Shown in pieces: positions 45,292 to 57,861 of a stretch of 64,000 nt of DNA. The notes beneath the pieces are model-generated. The model was given only the letters and a program-made list of their open reading frames with translations, was not told the origin of the DNA and made no database searches. Numbering within the stretch: the first letter of the stretch is position 1; the number at the start of each line of letters is the position of its first letter. Position numbers and translations under genes: made by a program. Location: assembly GCA_023266095.1 (NCBI GenBank), contig JAHFRV010000012.1, positions 5,042 to 69,041 on the forward strand. Reading direction: 5' to 3'. Source of the stretch: Gammaproteobacteria bacterium. Lineage in GTDB: Bacteria > Pseudomonadota > Gammaproteobacteria > DRLM01.

Positions 45292-45804
45292 ATGTCAAAC
45301 CGCTTACCCGACTATATTGACCCGGCGCGCTTTGCCGACACGGGCAACGCACTCGCGGGCACGGTTCCCTTCAGCCGCATGCAACGCTTGACGGACATCG
45401 CCGGCAATCCAGTCGGCGTCGCGGACGTCGAGCTGCAGTTCGATGTGGACGCGCAAGGCACGCGTATCGTGCAAGGCCGGGTTCGTGCTGAAGTGGAACT
45501 GGTATGTCAGCGCTGTTTGCGACCCATGAGCTGGGCGGTGGACACCGAGGTGCATTTGGGCATCGTCACCTCGGAGAGTGAGGCCGAGCAGTTGGCCTCG
45601 GTCTATGATCCGCTGCTGATCGGCGAGGATCCCCTGCCGCTGGCTGAGTTGGTGGAAGATGAAATATTGCTGGCGCTGCCAGTGTTTCCCCGTCACGAGG
45701 CGGGAGAATGTGTGGCGGCGGTCGGTGATACGCAGGAGGGGACGGCCCGTCAATCGGACAAGCCCAATCCTTTTGCGGTGTTGGCCCGTTTGAAGCCGAA
45801 CTGA
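45292..45804 (+). CDS. yceD: YceD (DUF177) large-subunit rRNA accumulation protein
   Basis: MSNRLPDYIDPARF.. aligns with the E. coli YceD N-terminus (KLPLTLDPVR). CQRC...C motif and C-terminal KPNPFAVLARLK. Upstream of rpmF. Confidence 0.85.
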   Translation: MSNRLPDYIDPARFADTGNALAGTVPFSRMQRLTDIAGNPVGVADVELQFDVDAQGTRIVQGRVRAEVELVCQRCLRPMSWAVDTEVHLGIVTSESEAEQLASVYDPLLIGEDPLPLAELVEDEILLALPVFPRHEAGECVAAVGDTQEGTARQSDKPNPFAVLARLKPN

Positions 45805-45853
45805 GGCCCGGCGTGGCCGGCCAGAGAATTTAATTTAATTTAGGAGCGTTACC

Positions 45854-46033
45854 ATGGCTGTTCAACAAAATCGTAAAACCCCCTCTAAGCGTGGCATGCG
45901 CCGCGCTCATGATGCCCTGGCCGAGAAAGCCTTGTCGGTAGACAGGACCTCCGGCGAAACCCATCTGCGCCATCACATGACTCCCAATGGTTATTACCGT
46001 GGTCGCAAGGTGATCAATACCAAGGGTGAATAA
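45854..46033 (+). CDS. rpmF: 50S ribosomal protein L32
   Basis: Not in the track (59 aa). [22 protein letters not shown]...HLRHH....[13 protein letters not shown] upstream of the ATG. Confidence 0.95.
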   Translation: MAVQQNRKTPSKRGMRRAHDALAEKALSVDRTSGETHLRHHMTPNGYYRGRKVINTKGE

Positions 46034-46036
46034 GGC

Positions 46037-47059
46037 TTGAGCCTCACCATCGCCCTGGATGGCATGGGGGGCGACCACGGACCGCCGGTGGTTGTCCCCG
46101 CAGCATTACATGCCCTGACGGAACAGGAAGATTTAAAGCTGATATTAGTGGGCGACCGCGAGGTGCTCGAGGCCGCCGTGCGTAAATTCGGCGGCAGTCT
46201 CGGCGAACGTCTCGGTGTGCATCATACTTCGCAAGTGGTCGCCATGGATGAACTGCCGTCGGTGGCCTTGCGCGGCAAAAAAGATTCATCGATGCGGGTG
46301 GCCATCGATCTGGTGAAACGAGGTGTGGCTGATGCCTGTGTCAGCGCCGGCAACACCGGCGCCTTAATGGCCACCGCGCGTTTCGTACTGAAAACTCTGC
46401 CCGGTATCGATCGTCCCGCTATTTGCTCCGCTCTGCCTACCATGAAAGGCCACACCCACATGCTCGATTTGGGCGCCAATGTGGATTCCGACGCCGAAAC
46501 CTTATTCCAATTCGCGATGATGGGCGCGGCTCTTACCAGTGCGGTGGAAAATATTCCTTCGCCTAAGGTCGGTCTGTTGAACATCGGCGCGGAAGAGATG
46601 AAGGGTAACGAACGAGTCAAAGAAGCGGGACGTCTGCTCGCGGCCAGCCAATTGAATTACATTGGCTATATCGAAGGCAATGATATCTACAGCGGCGCCG
46701 TGGATGTGGTGGTGTGTGACGGCTTCGTCGGTAATGTGGCCCTCAAGACCAGTGAGGGCGTGGCGCGGATGATTCGTCATTATATGGAGCAGGAGTTCCT
46801 GCGTTCGCCCCTGACCAAATTAGTGGGGGCGCTGGCGATGCCGGTGCTAAAATCCTTCCGCGCCAAGATTGACCCCAGGCAGTACAATGGGGCCAGCCTG
46901 CTCGGCTTGCAGGGCATCGTAATCAAAAGTCACGGCGGCGCGGACATCGTAGCCTACGCCAACGCCATCAAGGAAGCGGGGTTGGAAGTGCGCAAGGCGG
47001 TGCCGCAACGCATCAGCAAATATCTGGAAGAACAACTACTAGAGAGGCGTGCGGTTTGA
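46037..47059 (+). CDS. plsX: phosphate acyltransferase
   Basis: [13 protein letters not shown]-terminus, GNTGALMA, and [11 protein letters not shown] start 3 nt after rpmF. Confidence 0.9.
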   Translation: MSLTIALDGMGGDHGPPVVVPAALHALTEQEDLKLILVGDREVLEAAVRKFGGSLGERLGVHHTSQVVAMDELPSVALRGKKDSSMRVAIDLVKRGVADACVSAGNTGALMATARFVLKTLPGIDRPAICSALPTMKGHTHMLDLGANVDSDAETLFQFAMMGAALTSAVENIPSPKVGLLNIGAEEMKGNERVKEAGRLLAASQLNYIGYIEGNDIYSGAVDVVVCDGFVGNVALKTSEGVARMIRHYMEQEFLRSPLTKLVGALAMPVLKSFRAKIDPRQYNGASLLGLQGIVIKSHGGADIVAYANAIKEAGLEVRKAVPQRISKYLEEQLLERRAV

Positions 47060-48012
47060 GCTATTCGCAGCTAATAGGCACCGGCGGTTATCTGCCCGAA
47101 AAAGTGTTGACCAACGCTGAGCTGGAAACCATGGTCGACACCACTGATGCGTGGATATTCGAGCGCACCGGCATACGCGAGCGTCACATCGCCGCGCCCC
47201 ATGAAACCACCTGCGATTTAGCGGAGGCCGCCGCGCGTCGTGCGATCGAGGCGGCGGGCATTGCTGCGCAGGACATCGATTTAATCATCGTCGCCACCAC
47301 CACCCCCGATCAAGTTTTTCCCAGCACCGCCTGCTTGTTGCAGCAACGTTTGGGTATCCAAGGTTGTGCCGCGTTTGATGTGCAGGCGGTGTGCAGTGGT
47401 TTCATTTACGCGCTGGATGTGGCGGATAAATTCATCCGCACCGGCAGCGCGCGCCGTGCTTTGGTGCTGGGCGCGGAAACCTTGTCGCGCATCATCGACT
47501 GGAGCGATCGCGGCACGTGCGTGTTGTTCGGCGACGGTGCCGGTGCGGTGGTGTTGAGCGTTAGCGACGAGCCCGGCATTCTTTCCAGTCACCTGCACGC
47601 CGACGGCCGTTATGAACCTTTACTGACCGTGCCCGCCGGCATCTCGCGCGGTTATGAACAAGCCGCCTTCATCCATATGGAGGGCCGCGAAGTGTTTAAG
47701 GTAGCGGTGAACACCTTAGGTTCGCTGGTGGACGAAACTTTGCAGGCCAACGATCTGCCGCGCTCGGCCATCGATTGGCTGGTGCCGCATCAGGCCAATT
47801 ACCGCATCATCGAAGCCACCGCTAAAAAAATGGGCCTGTCCATGGAGCGGGTGGTGGTCACGGTGACCGAACACGGCAACACCTCGGCGGCGTCGATTCC
47901 TTTGGCGCTCGACGTTGCGGTGCGTGATGGCCGTATACAACGCGGGGAGACGGTGATGCTGGAGGCTTTCGGCGCGGGTTTCACCTGGGGTTCGGTGTTG
48001 TTGAAGTATTGA
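47056..48012 (+). CDS. fabH: 3-oxoacyl-ACP synthase III
   Basis: Active-site AACSGF-type [16 protein letters not shown] and GNTSAASIP. Confidence 0.93.
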   Translation: MSYSQLIGTGGYLPEKVLTNAELETMVDTTDAWIFERTGIRERHIAAPHETTCDLAEAAARRAIEAAGIAAQDIDLIIVATTTPDQVFPSTACLLQQRLGIQGCAAFDVQAVCSGFIYALDVADKFIRTGSARRALVLGAETLSRIIDWSDRGTCVLFGDGAGAVVLSVSDEPGILSSHLHADGRYEPLLTVPAGISRGYEQAAFIHMEGREVFKVAVNTLGSLVDETLQANDLPRSAIDWLVPHQANYRIIEATAKKMGLSMERVVVTVTEHGNTSAASIPLALDVAVRDGRIQRGETVMLEAFGAGFTWGSVLLKY

Positions 48013-48086
48013 TTTTCAGCGCCGATGGGTTGATCTTCGCTACGGCCGCCATCTAATAATCCGTTACGCTTAATCGAGGACTCGTT

Positions 48087-49058
48087 ATGTCGTTCGCCTG
48101 TGTTTTTCCCGGTCAAGGCTCGCAATCAGTGGGCATGTTGGCGGCGCTGGCGGAGGCCTATCCCATCGTCACCGCTACCTTCGCGGAGGCTTCCGAAGCG
48201 TTGGGTTATGATCTGTGGGCTTTGGCGCAGCACGGGCCGGATGAAGAACTCAATCGCACCGACCAAACCCAGCCCGCGATGTTGACTGCGGGCGTCGCGG
48301 TGTGGCGGGTCTGGCAGGCACGGGGCGGCGCGAAACCCGCGTTTCTGGCGGGACACAGTTTAGGTGAATACACCGCGCTGGTGTGCGCCGGCGCCATGTC
48401 TTTGCCGCAGGCGGTCGCCACGGTGGCGGAACGCGGGCGTTATATGCAAGAGGCCGTGCCCGCCGGTCTAGGAGCAATGGCGGCGATCTTGGGATTGGAC
48501 GATAGTGCGGTGATCGCTGCGTGCGAAAGTGCGGCGCAAGGTGAGGTGGTATCGGCCGTGAATTTCAATTCACCCGGTCAGGTGGTGATCGCTGGCCATG
48601 CCACGGCGGTGGCGCGCGCGGTGGAGCATGCCAAGCAGGCCGGCGCCAAGCGTGCGGTGCTCTTGCCGGTGAGCGTGCCGTCCCATTGCGAGCTGATGGC
48701 GCCGGCGGCGGAACGGCTGGCCGTTTATCTGGAAAAAGTCGACATCAAGCCGCCGTTCATTCCCGTGATTAATAATGTCAACGTCATCATCACCCATTAC
48801 CCGCAGGCCATCCGCGACGCGCTGGTGCGGCAACTGGTGAGTCCGGTGCGTTGGGTGGAGACCATCCTATCGCTGAGTCAATGTGGCGTGCGGACGGTGA
48901 TCGAATGCGGTCCGGGCAAAGTTCTGGCGGGTTTGAACAAGCGTATCGAGCGGGAAATGACCGCTCTGCCGGTGTTCGATCCGCCGAGTCTGGACGAGGC
49001 GCTTGAACGCGCTGAGCTGATAATTATTCCGGAGGGGGAGCATGTCATTGGAAAATGA
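48087..49058 (+). CDS. fabD: malonyl-CoA:ACP transacylase
   Basis: FPGQGSQSVGM and GHSLGEYTALV. Confidence 0.93.
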   Translation: MSFACVFPGQGSQSVGMLAALAEAYPIVTATFAEASEALGYDLWALAQHGPDEELNRTDQTQPAMLTAGVAVWRVWQARGGAKPAFLAGHSLGEYTALVCAGAMSLPQAVATVAERGRYMQEAVPAGLGAMAAILGLDDSAVIAACESAAQGEVVSAVNFNSPGQVVIAGHATAVARAVEHAKQAGAKRAVLLPVSVPSHCELMAPAAERLAVYLEKVDIKPPFIPVINNVNVIITHYPQAIRDALVRQLVSPVRWVETILSLSQCGVRTVIECGPGKVLAGLNKRIEREMTALPVFDPPSLDEALERAELIIIPEGEHVIGK

Positions 49059-49785
49059 AATCGCTTTGGTCACCGGCGCCAGTCGCGGCATCGGCCGCGC
49101 CATCGCCCTTGAATTGGGCCGCGCCGGCGCGGCGGTGATCGGTACCGCGACCTCGTCTGCCGGCGCGGAAAATATCAGCGCCTATTTGCACGACAGCGGT
49201 GTGAAGGGCACGGGCATGCTGCTGGATGTCACCGCGCCCGCCTCGATCGAGGCAGTGATGGCAGCGATCCAGAAAGACTACGGCGCGCCGAGTATCCTGG
49301 TGAACAACGCCGGCATCACCCGCGACAATCTGCTCATGCGTATGAAGGATGATGAGTGGGATGACATCATCACTACCAACCTCACCTCGGTATTTCGTTT
49401 GAGCAAGGCCTGCATGCGGCCGATGATGAAGGCGCGCAAGGGCCGCATCATCAGCATCGCCTCAGTAGTGGGTGCGATCGGTAACGCGGGACAAACTAAT
49501 TACGCGGCGGCCAAGGCCGGTATACTCGGTTTCACCAAGGCGCTGGCGCGGGAAGTGGCCTCGCGTGGCGTGACGGTTAACGCGGTGGCGCCGGGTTTCA
49601 TCGACACCGACATGACCCGCTGTCTGCCGGAGGAACAGAAGCAAGACTTGTTGCGGCAAATTCCCTTGCAGCGGCTGGGACTCGCTGAGGAAATCGCCGC
49701 GGCGGTAGTCTTTCTCGCTTCCCCGCACGCAGGCTATATTACCGGTCAAACCTTGCACATCAATGGTGGCATGTACATGAACTAA
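49042..49785 (+). CDS. fabG: 3-oxoacyl-ACP reductase
   Basis: TGASRGIGRAIA, NNAGIT and YAAAKAG. Confidence 0.93.
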   Translation: MSLENEIALVTGASRGIGRAIALELGRAGAAVIGTATSSAGAENISAYLHDSGVKGTGMLLDVTAPASIEAVMAAIQKDYGAPSILVNNAGITRDNLLMRMKDDEWDDIITTNLTSVFRLSKACMRPMMKARKGRIISIASVVGAIGNAGQTNYAAAKAGILGFTKALAREVASRGVTVNAVAPGFIDTDMTRCLPEEQKQDLLRQIPLQRLGLAEEIAAAVVFLASPHAGYITGQTLHINGGMYMN

Positions 49786-49956
49786 TAGATCAAGTGTTGA
49801 GCCTAGGCTTCGAAATAGCAACATTTATCTTAGCAATGAGCTTAGAAAACCGTGGCGTCAACAAGGGGAGTTTTGTCTGGCATCGCCGGAAGGATTCCAA
49901 TACAATACCGTCCGCAGTTTTAACCTGCGCATTATTCTTTGGAGGAACTGTTTATC

Positions 49957-50193
49957 ATGAGCACCGTGGAAGAACGCGTCAAAAAAATCGTTATCGAACA
50001 ACTGGGGGTAAAAGAGGAAGAAGTGAGCAATGAATCCTCCTTTGTCGACGATCTTGGCGCTGATTCGCTCGATACTGTCGAGCTGGTGATGGCGCTCGAG
50101 GAAGAGTTTGAGTGCGAAATTCCCGACGAGGAAGCCGAGAAAATTACAACGGTTCAACAAGCCATCGATTACGTCAATTCTCGTTTGGGTTAA
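49957..50193 (+). CDS. acpP: acyl carrier protein
   Basis: [12 protein letters not shown]..., phosphopantetheine site [17 protein letters not shown] upstream of ATG 49957. Confidence 0.95.
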   Translation: MSTVEERVKKIVIEQLGVKEEEVSNESSFVDDLGADSLDTVELVMALEEEFECEIPDEEAEKITTVQQAIDYVNSRLG

Positions 50194-50319
50194 TCCATCA
50201 TCAAGAAGGCCGCGGCGGGCGCGTAGCGCGCTTCCGGTGGCCTTCGTGTTGATGTGCCGCGCCGGCGCAACGCCGCGGCCTGTAAGATGCAAGTACGCTA
50301 TGGGGAGCTAAGCAGCAAG

Positions 50320-51564
50320 GTGGGTAATAAAAGACGCGTCGTCATTACCGGACTCGGGATGGTCAGTCCTTTGGGCCTCAGCGTGCGGGAAAATTGGGAG
50401 AATATCCTCGCCGGTAAAAGCGGCATACGAGCGCTCGCCCATTTTGATGTGTCCGACTATGCGTGCCGCATCGGCGGTTCGGTGTGGGGCTTCAATGTCG
50501 ATGATTACCTGCCACCCAAAGAATCGCGGCGGATGGATCCTTTCATTCATTACGGCATCGCAGCCGGTATGGAGGCCCTCAAAGATTCCGGCCTGGAAGT
50601 GACCGAGGCCAACGCCGAACGCATCGGCGTCGCCATCGGTTCCGGCATCGGCGGTTTGCCCGGCATCGAGAAGGGCTACAAGGCCGTACTGGACGGCGGT
50701 CCGCGCAAGGTTTCGCCGTTCTTCATCCCGAGCAATATCATCAATATGATTTCGGGCAATCTGTCGATCATCCATGGGTTGAAGGGTCCCAATATCGCCT
50801 ATGTCACCGCTTGCACCACCGGCACCCACAGCATCGGCGAAGCGGGTCGCATCATCGAATACGGTGACGCCGATGTGATGATTGCCGGCGGCGCCGAGAT
50901 GGCCACCTCGCCCAGCGGGCTGGCCGGTTTCGCCGCGGCGCGAGCGCTCTCTACCCGCAACGACGACCCCGCAACGGCCAGCCGCCCCTTCGACCTCGAC
51001 CGCGACGGTTTCGTGATGAGCGACGGCGCCGGGGTGGTGGTGGTGGAAGAATACGAACATGCCAAGCGACGCGGTGCCAAGATTTACGCCGAGCTGAGTG
51101 GTTTCGGCATGAGTGGTGACGCCTACCACATGACCCAGCCGTCAGAAGGCGGTGATGGCGCTCGCCGTTGCATGATCAACGCTCTGCGCAACGGCGGCGT
51201 CAACGCCGACCAAGTGGATTACATCAACGCCCACGGCACTTCCACCCCGGCCGGTGACAAGGCGGAAACCGCGGCGGTGAAGGCCGCCTTCGGTGATCAC
51301 GCCCGGCGCCTGGCGGTCAGCTCTACCAAATCCATGACCGGTCATCTGCTCGGTGCGGCGGGGGGTGTGGAGGCCATCTTCAGCGTGTTGGCGATCCGTG
51401 ACCAGGTGGCGCCGCCCACCATCAATCAATTCACTGCCGACCCCGATTGCGACCTCGACTGCGTGCCCAACGAGGCGCGTTCCATGAAGATCGATGTGGC
51501 GCTGTCCAACTCCTTCGGTTTCGGCGGCACCAACGGCACGCTGGTGTTCCGCAAGCTCAAGTGA
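50320..51564 (+). CDS. fabF: 3-oxoacyl-ACP synthase II
   Basis: [19 protein letters not shown] aligns to the FabF N-terminus. Active-site ACTTG, plus HGTSTPAGD and [10 protein letters not shown] 50320 preferred over the longer track ORF. Confidence 0.9.
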   Translation: MGNKRRVVITGLGMVSPLGLSVRENWENILAGKSGIRALAHFDVSDYACRIGGSVWGFNVDDYLPPKESRRMDPFIHYGIAAGMEALKDSGLEVTEANAERIGVAIGSGIGGLPGIEKGYKAVLDGGPRKVSPFFIPSNIINMISGNLSIIHGLKGPNIAYVTACTTGTHSIGEAGRIIEYGDADVMIAGGAEMATSPSGLAGFAAARALSTRNDDPATASRPFDLDRDGFVMSDGAGVVVVEEYEHAKRRGAKIYAELSGFGMSGDAYHMTQPSEGGDGARRCMINALRNGGVNADQVDYINAHGTSTPAGDKAETAAVKAAFGDHARRLAVSSTKSMTGHLLGAAGGVEAIFSVLAIRDQVAPPTINQFTADPDCDLDCVPNEARSMKIDVALSNSFGFGGTNGTLVFRKLK

Positions 51565-51597
51565 GCGAATTAAACCGACCTCGCGGCTGCGCATGAT

Positions 51598-52986
51598 GTG
51601 TCGGACTCAGCCATAATCTCCCTGCAACAGCACGCTACCCGCCGCGGCGGCGTGCTGGTTAAACGTCTCTCCCGTTATGACGACCTGCTAGCGCTGCACC
51701 GCGCCTTGCCGCAGCGTTACCCCCATTTGCTGGAAAGTGTGGCGCATGGCACACCGCATGCCCGTTACGACATCTTGTTCGCCTTTCCCAGGGAGACGTT
51801 GAGTCTGGAAGCGGCGGCACTGAGCGGTGCGGGGGATTTCTGCGCGGCGCTAAATAAGCAATGGCACGCGGCGCGGTTGCCGTCGGCGGGCGAGGGTGCC
51901 CTGCCATTTCGTGGCGGCTGGTTTGTTTATCTGGGTTACGAACTCGCCGCGCAGATCGAACCACGCCTGCGCTTGCCCGCAGTCCGCGGAGCCTTGCCCA
52001 CCGCCTTTTTTACCCGTATTCCCGCGGCGGTGATCCGCGATCACACCAGCCGCGAAATCTATCTGGTGGCGGAGGCGGGCGAGGCGGAGTTGCTGGAGCT
52101 GATGGCGCGGGATATTGCCGGGCTGAAAGAAAATGCCGAAGCGGAGCCGCCGCGCTTGCTCAGCCTCAGCGAAGACCCCCCGCACCAATTTCTCGACGCG
52201 GTGGCCCGTATCAAACATTACGTGCTCGAAGGCGACGTGTTTCAGGTGAACCTGTCGCGGGCCTGGCAAGGGGAGCTGGCTGCATCGGCGCGTGCCGATG
52301 CTGTATACGCGGCCTTGCGCCGGCAAAACCCCGCGCCTTTTGCCGGCCTGGCCACTTGGGGGAAATGCGCTATCGTGAGTTCTTCGCCGGAACGACTAGT
52401 ACGGGTGGCGGGTGAGGTGGTGGAGACTCGCCCCATCGCCGGTACGCGGCCGCGCAGCAGCGAACTGGCGCGCGACCGGGATTATTCGCGCGAGTTGCTG
52501 GCCCATCCCAAGGAACGTGCCGAGCACGTCATGCTCATCGACCTCGAACGCAATGATTTGGGCCGGGTGTGCGTGGCGGGCAGCGTGCGGGTGGACGAGT
52601 TGATGGGCTTGGAAAGCTACGCCCACGTCCATCACATCGTCTCCAATGTGCGAGGCATCAAACGTCCCGAGGTGACGCCGGGCGAAGTGATCCGCGCGGT
52701 ATTTCCCGGCGGCACCATCACCGGCTGCCCCAAGGTGCGTTGTATGGAAATCATCGCTGAACTGGAGGGAGGGCCGCGCGGGCCTTACACTGGTGCCATG
52801 GGTTACCTCAACCGCGACGGCAGTCTCGATTTCAATATACTGATCCGAACCCTGGTAATGGAGGGATCACGGATCAGCTTCCGCGCCGGGGCGGGCATCG
52901 TTGCCGATTCCGAACCCGAGGCCGAATTGGCGGAGACCCGCGCCAAGGCGCGCGGCCTGCTACTGGCCTTGGGGGTAGCGGTCTGA
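51598..52986 (+). CDS. pabB: aminodeoxychorismate synthase component I
   Basis: Chorismate-binding enzyme core (GDVFQVNLS, PGGTITGCPK, GAGIVADS). Followed by pabC. Confidence 0.85.
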   Translation: MSDSAIISLQQHATRRGGVLVKRLSRYDDLLALHRALPQRYPHLLESVAHGTPHARYDILFAFPRETLSLEAAALSGAGDFCAALNKQWHAARLPSAGEGALPFRGGWFVYLGYELAAQIEPRLRLPAVRGALPTAFFTRIPAAVIRDHTSREIYLVAEAGEAELLELMARDIAGLKENAEAEPPRLLSLSEDPPHQFLDAVARIKHYVLEGDVFQVNLSRAWQGELAASARADAVYAALRRQNPAPFAGLATWGKCAIVSSSPERLVRVAGEVVETRPIAGTRPRSSELARDRDYSRELLAHPKERAEHVMLIDLERNDLGRVCVAGSVRVDELMGLESYAHVHHIVSNVRGIKRPEVTPGEVIRAVFPGGTITGCPKVRCMEIIAELEGGPRGPYTGAMGYLNRDGSLDFNILIRTLVMEGSRISFRAGAGIVADSEPEAELAETRAKARGLLLALGVAV

Positions 52987-53858
52987 TGGCGGACGAGGTC
53001 ACGACCTGGGTCAATGGCAGCCAGCGAGATCATCTCGCGCTGGCCGATCGCGGCTTGCACTACGGCGACGGGGTGTTTGAGACCATGGTGATCCACGCGG
53101 GCAAAGTGCCGCTGTGGCAGCGCCACTGGCGGCGATTGTTGGTCGGCTGCGGGCGGCTGGGCATCGTGGGGCTCGACGGCCGGCGGCTGGCAGACGAGGT
53201 GGCCGCGTCGAGTCGGGGCTGCGAGCGAGGCATCATCAAACTCATCGTCACCCGCGGCGAGGGCGGGCGCGGTTATCGGCCGCCGCGCGATTCCGAGGCC
53301 GGACCACCCACCCGTATCCTGCTGCGTTCACTGTGGCCCACTTATCCTGATTACTTTTGGCGGGAAGGCATTACCGCCCGCCTGTGTGGCATCCGGCTCG
53401 CGGCCAATCCGGCCTTGGCGGGGATCAAGCATCTCAATCGTTTGGAGCAGGTCATGGCCCGGCGTGAATGGTATGATCCCGACATCGCCGAAGGTTTGAT
53501 GTGTGATCAAATGGGCAATGTGGTGGAGGGTACCCAGAGTAATATTTTCGTCGTGCGTGCGGGGCGTCTGCTCACCCCGCCGGTGGAGCACTGCGGCGTG
53601 GCTGGCGTGATGCGGGGTCTTATCCTCGATGAGGCGACGGCCTGGGGTTTGGCGGCGGAGGAGCGGCTGTTGCCGTTGGCGGAATTGGCGCGGTCGGAAG
53701 AAGTCTTCGTCTGTAACGCGGTGATCGGCGTCTGGCCGCTGCGTCGTCTCGAGCAATGGTCGTTTCCGCACGGCCCCGTTACCCGGCGGGTGGCCCAGGC
53801 GACGGCTAGCGCTTTGCTATCCACCGATACTGACCAACCGAAAGCAAGCAGCACATGA
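52986..53858 (+). CDS. pabC: aminodeoxychorismate lyase (class IV aminotransferase fold)
   Basis: HYGDGVFET and the GIKHLNRLEQV lysine motif. Start overlaps the pabB stop. Confidence 0.8.
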   Translation: MADEVTTWVNGSQRDHLALADRGLHYGDGVFETMVIHAGKVPLWQRHWRRLLVGCGRLGIVGLDGRRLADEVAASSRGCERGIIKLIVTRGEGGRGYRPPRDSEAGPPTRILLRSLWPTYPDYFWREGITARLCGIRLAANPALAGIKHLNRLEQVMARREWYDPDIAEGLMCDQMGNVVEGTQSNIFVVRAGRLLTPPVEHCGVAGVMRGLILDEATAWGLAAEERLLPLAELARSEEVFVCNAVIGVWPLRRLEQWSFPHGPVTRRVAQATASALLSTDTDQPKASST

Positions 53859-54898
53859 GTTCAAGTAAATTATCCGGTAATTTATTCAAGCTGCTAGGGT
53901 TATTAGTATTAATTGGCAGCTTGGCTAGTGGCTGGCTGATCATGGATTACAAAACCTTTTCCACCAATCCATTGCCGATGCCACTGGAAGGACATCATCA
54001 CATCATCCCCCCCGGAACCAGCATGAAACGCTTAGCTGAAGACCTGCAGCAGGCCGGAGTGATGCGTCATCCGATTTATTTACGCTGGATGGCCCGTTGG
54101 CAGGGTAAGGCCGGTTTGATCAAGGCGGGTGAATACGTATTCCCGCCGGGGATTACGCCTCCCCAACTGCTGGATATGGTGGTCAATGGTGCCGTGGTAC
54201 AGCATACCCTGACCATCGTGGAAGGTTGGACCTTCGCTCAGTTGCTGGATGCCGTGCGGCATCACGAGGCCATACAGCAAACCTTGGACGGAGCATCCAA
54301 CGAAGAAATCATGACTCGTCTGGGGCATGCCGGCCAACACCCCGAAGGCATGTTCATGCCCGATACCTATCATTTTCCGCGCGGGATCAGCGATGTAGCC
54401 TTTTTGCAGCGCGCCTATCAAACCATGCTTGACCGTCTCAACGAGGAATGGCCCAAACGCGATCTGACCCTGCCACTGACATCTTCCTACCAAGCATTGA
54501 TTTTGGCTTCGATCATCGAAAAGGAGACTGGTGTGCCCGAGGAGCGCACCCAAATTGCCGGGGTGTTCGTGCGGCGTTTGCTCGCCGGCATGCGCCTACA
54601 GACCGACCCCACGGTGATTTACGGTCTGGGCGCCACCTTCGACGGTAATCTTCGCCGCACCGACCTGACCAATGATTCACCTTACAACACGTATCTGTAC
54701 AGCGGATTGCCACCCACCCCGATCGCCCTGCCGGGTCTGGCGTCGATCCGCGCGGCTTTGCATCCGGCGGCAGGCGACACGTTATTTTTCGTGGCGAAGG
54801 GAGACGGTAGCCACAGTTTTTCCGCCACCCTCGATGAACATAATGCAGCGGTCAAACGTTATCAATTGACTCCGCGCGCCCACATCTCCGATAAATAA
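53855..54898 (+). CDS. mltG: endolytic murein transglycosylase
   Basis: N-terminal TM anchor, YceG core (ASIIEKET, DPTVIYG, SPYNTY). Confidence 0.85.
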   Translation: MSSSKLSGNLFKLLGLLVLIGSLASGWLIMDYKTFSTNPLPMPLEGHHHIIPPGTSMKRLAEDLQQAGVMRHPIYLRWMARWQGKAGLIKAGEYVFPPGITPPQLLDMVVNGAVVQHTLTIVEGWTFAQLLDAVRHHEAIQQTLDGASNEEIMTRLGHAGQHPEGMFMPDTYHFPRGISDVAFLQRAYQTMLDRLNEEWPKRDLTLPLTSSYQALILASIIEKETGVPEERTQIAGVFVRRLLAGMRLQTDPTVIYGLGATFDGNLRRTDLTNDSPYNTYLYSGLPPTPIALPGLASIRAALHPAAGDTLFFVAKGDGSHSFSATLDEHNAAVKRYQLTPRAHISDK

Positions 54899-54919
54899 AA
54901 ATACATTTAAGGCTATTAA

Positions 54920-56538
<1,619 letters not shown>

Positions 56539-56573
56539 CTTGACCTAATCAGGCACTGCGGAATACGGACAAA

Positions 56574-56948
56574 ATGGAAGATAGCGCAGCCAAAGGACCA
56601 AAAGCGGGCAGTCGGCAAAGCATCCTGTCGGTGAGCATCACCGACAAACAAGCCCTTTACGACGCCTATATGCCGTTTGTGAAAAACGGCGGCTTGTTCA
56701 TCCCGACCAAAAAAACCTATGCTCTAGGCAACGAAGTCTTCGTCCTGCTCACCCTCATGGAAGAAAAAGAAAAGATTCCTTTCTCGGGCAAAGTGGCGTG
56801 GATCACGCCCAAGGGTGCGCAGGGGAATCGTTTAACCGGTATCGGCGTGCAACTCAACGATGACCAGACCGGGAAAGACCTCCGCAATAAAATCGAAACC
56901 TATTTGGCGGGTGCCTTAAAATCCGACCGGCCGACGCATACAATGTAA
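56574..56948 (+). CDS. pilZ: PilZ-domain protein
   Basis: 124 aa in the conserved holB-pilZ-tatD context, as in Pseudomonas/Xanthomonas. GGLFIPT...G.V.W pattern. Confidence 0.75.
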   Translation: MEDSAAKGPKAGSRQSILSVSITDKQALYDAYMPFVKNGGLFIPTKKTYALGNEVFVLLTLMEEKEKIPFSGKVAWITPKGAQGNRLTGIGVQLNDDQTGKDLRNKIETYLAGALKSDRPTHTM

Positions 56949-56995
56949 GTTCCGCCGCCGTCCGCGGTTATTGATACCTTAAAAAAGCGAAAGCC

Positions 56996-57826
56996 ATGAG
57001 CATTGCACTGGTGGATTCCCATTGCCATTTGGACCGGCTCGATCTGAACAAACTCGGCGGCGACCTCGACAGCGTGCTAGCCGATGCAGCGGAGCAGGGC
57101 ATCACGCACATGCTGTGCGTGTGTATCGACATGAATAACGTCGCCGCCGTAAAAGAACTGGCTCACCGATATTCCAATATCTATGCTTCAGTGGGTGTCC
57201 ACCCCACCGCCAAAGACGCTCACGAACCGGCGGTGGAAGAACTTCTGGCCTTGGCGGATGATCCGCGGGTAGTCGCCATTGGCGAGACCGGCCTCGATTA
57301 TTTTTACGCAAAAGGGGAATTGGAATGGCAACGCGACCGTTTCCGCCGCCACATCCGCGCCGCGCGCCGGTGCGGCAAACCCCTCATCGTCCACACCCGT
57401 GACGCCAAGGCGGACACCTTGCGCATCATGGAAGAAGAGCACGCCGCGGAATCCGGCGGCGTGATGCACTGTTTCACCGAAGACTGGCCGATGGCGGAGC
57501 GCGCCCTCGAGCTGAATTTCTATATTTCTTTTTCCGGCATTGTCACTTTCCGCAATGCCGACGCACTGCGCGAGGTGGCCCGCCGGGTTCCTCTTGATCG
57601 CCTGTTGGTGGAAACCGATTCGCCGTATCTCGCCCCTGTGCCGCATCGCGGTAAAAGCAATCAACCCGCCTACGTGCGTCACGTCGCGGAATTCATCGCC
57701 GAGCTGCGCGGAGAAACATTGGAATCGATCGCCGAGATCACCAGCGGGAATTTTTTCCGCTTGTTTAAAGAGGCGCAATCAGGTTCTGGTGCCAATGATC
57801 GAGTTAGCGCAAGATCAGTGTCGTGA
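56996..57826 (+). CDS. TatD-family metal-dependent hydrolase (YcfH type)
   Basis: VDSHCHLD, AIGETGLDY, HTRDA and ETDSPYL. Confidence 0.88.
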   Translation: MSIALVDSHCHLDRLDLNKLGGDLDSVLADAAEQGITHMLCVCIDMNNVAAVKELAHRYSNIYASVGVHPTAKDAHEPAVEELLALADDPRVVAIGETGLDYFYAKGELEWQRDRFRRHIRAARRCGKPLIVHTRDAKADTLRIMEEEHAAESGGVMHCFTEDWPMAERALELNFYISFSGIVTFRNADALREVARRVPLDRLLVETDSPYLAPVPHRGKSNQPAYVRHVAEFIAELRGETLESIAEITSGNFFRLFKEAQSGSGANDRVSARSVS

Positions 57827-57861
57827 ACTACGCTGGGAGTGTCGGTTATTTACAGGACACC

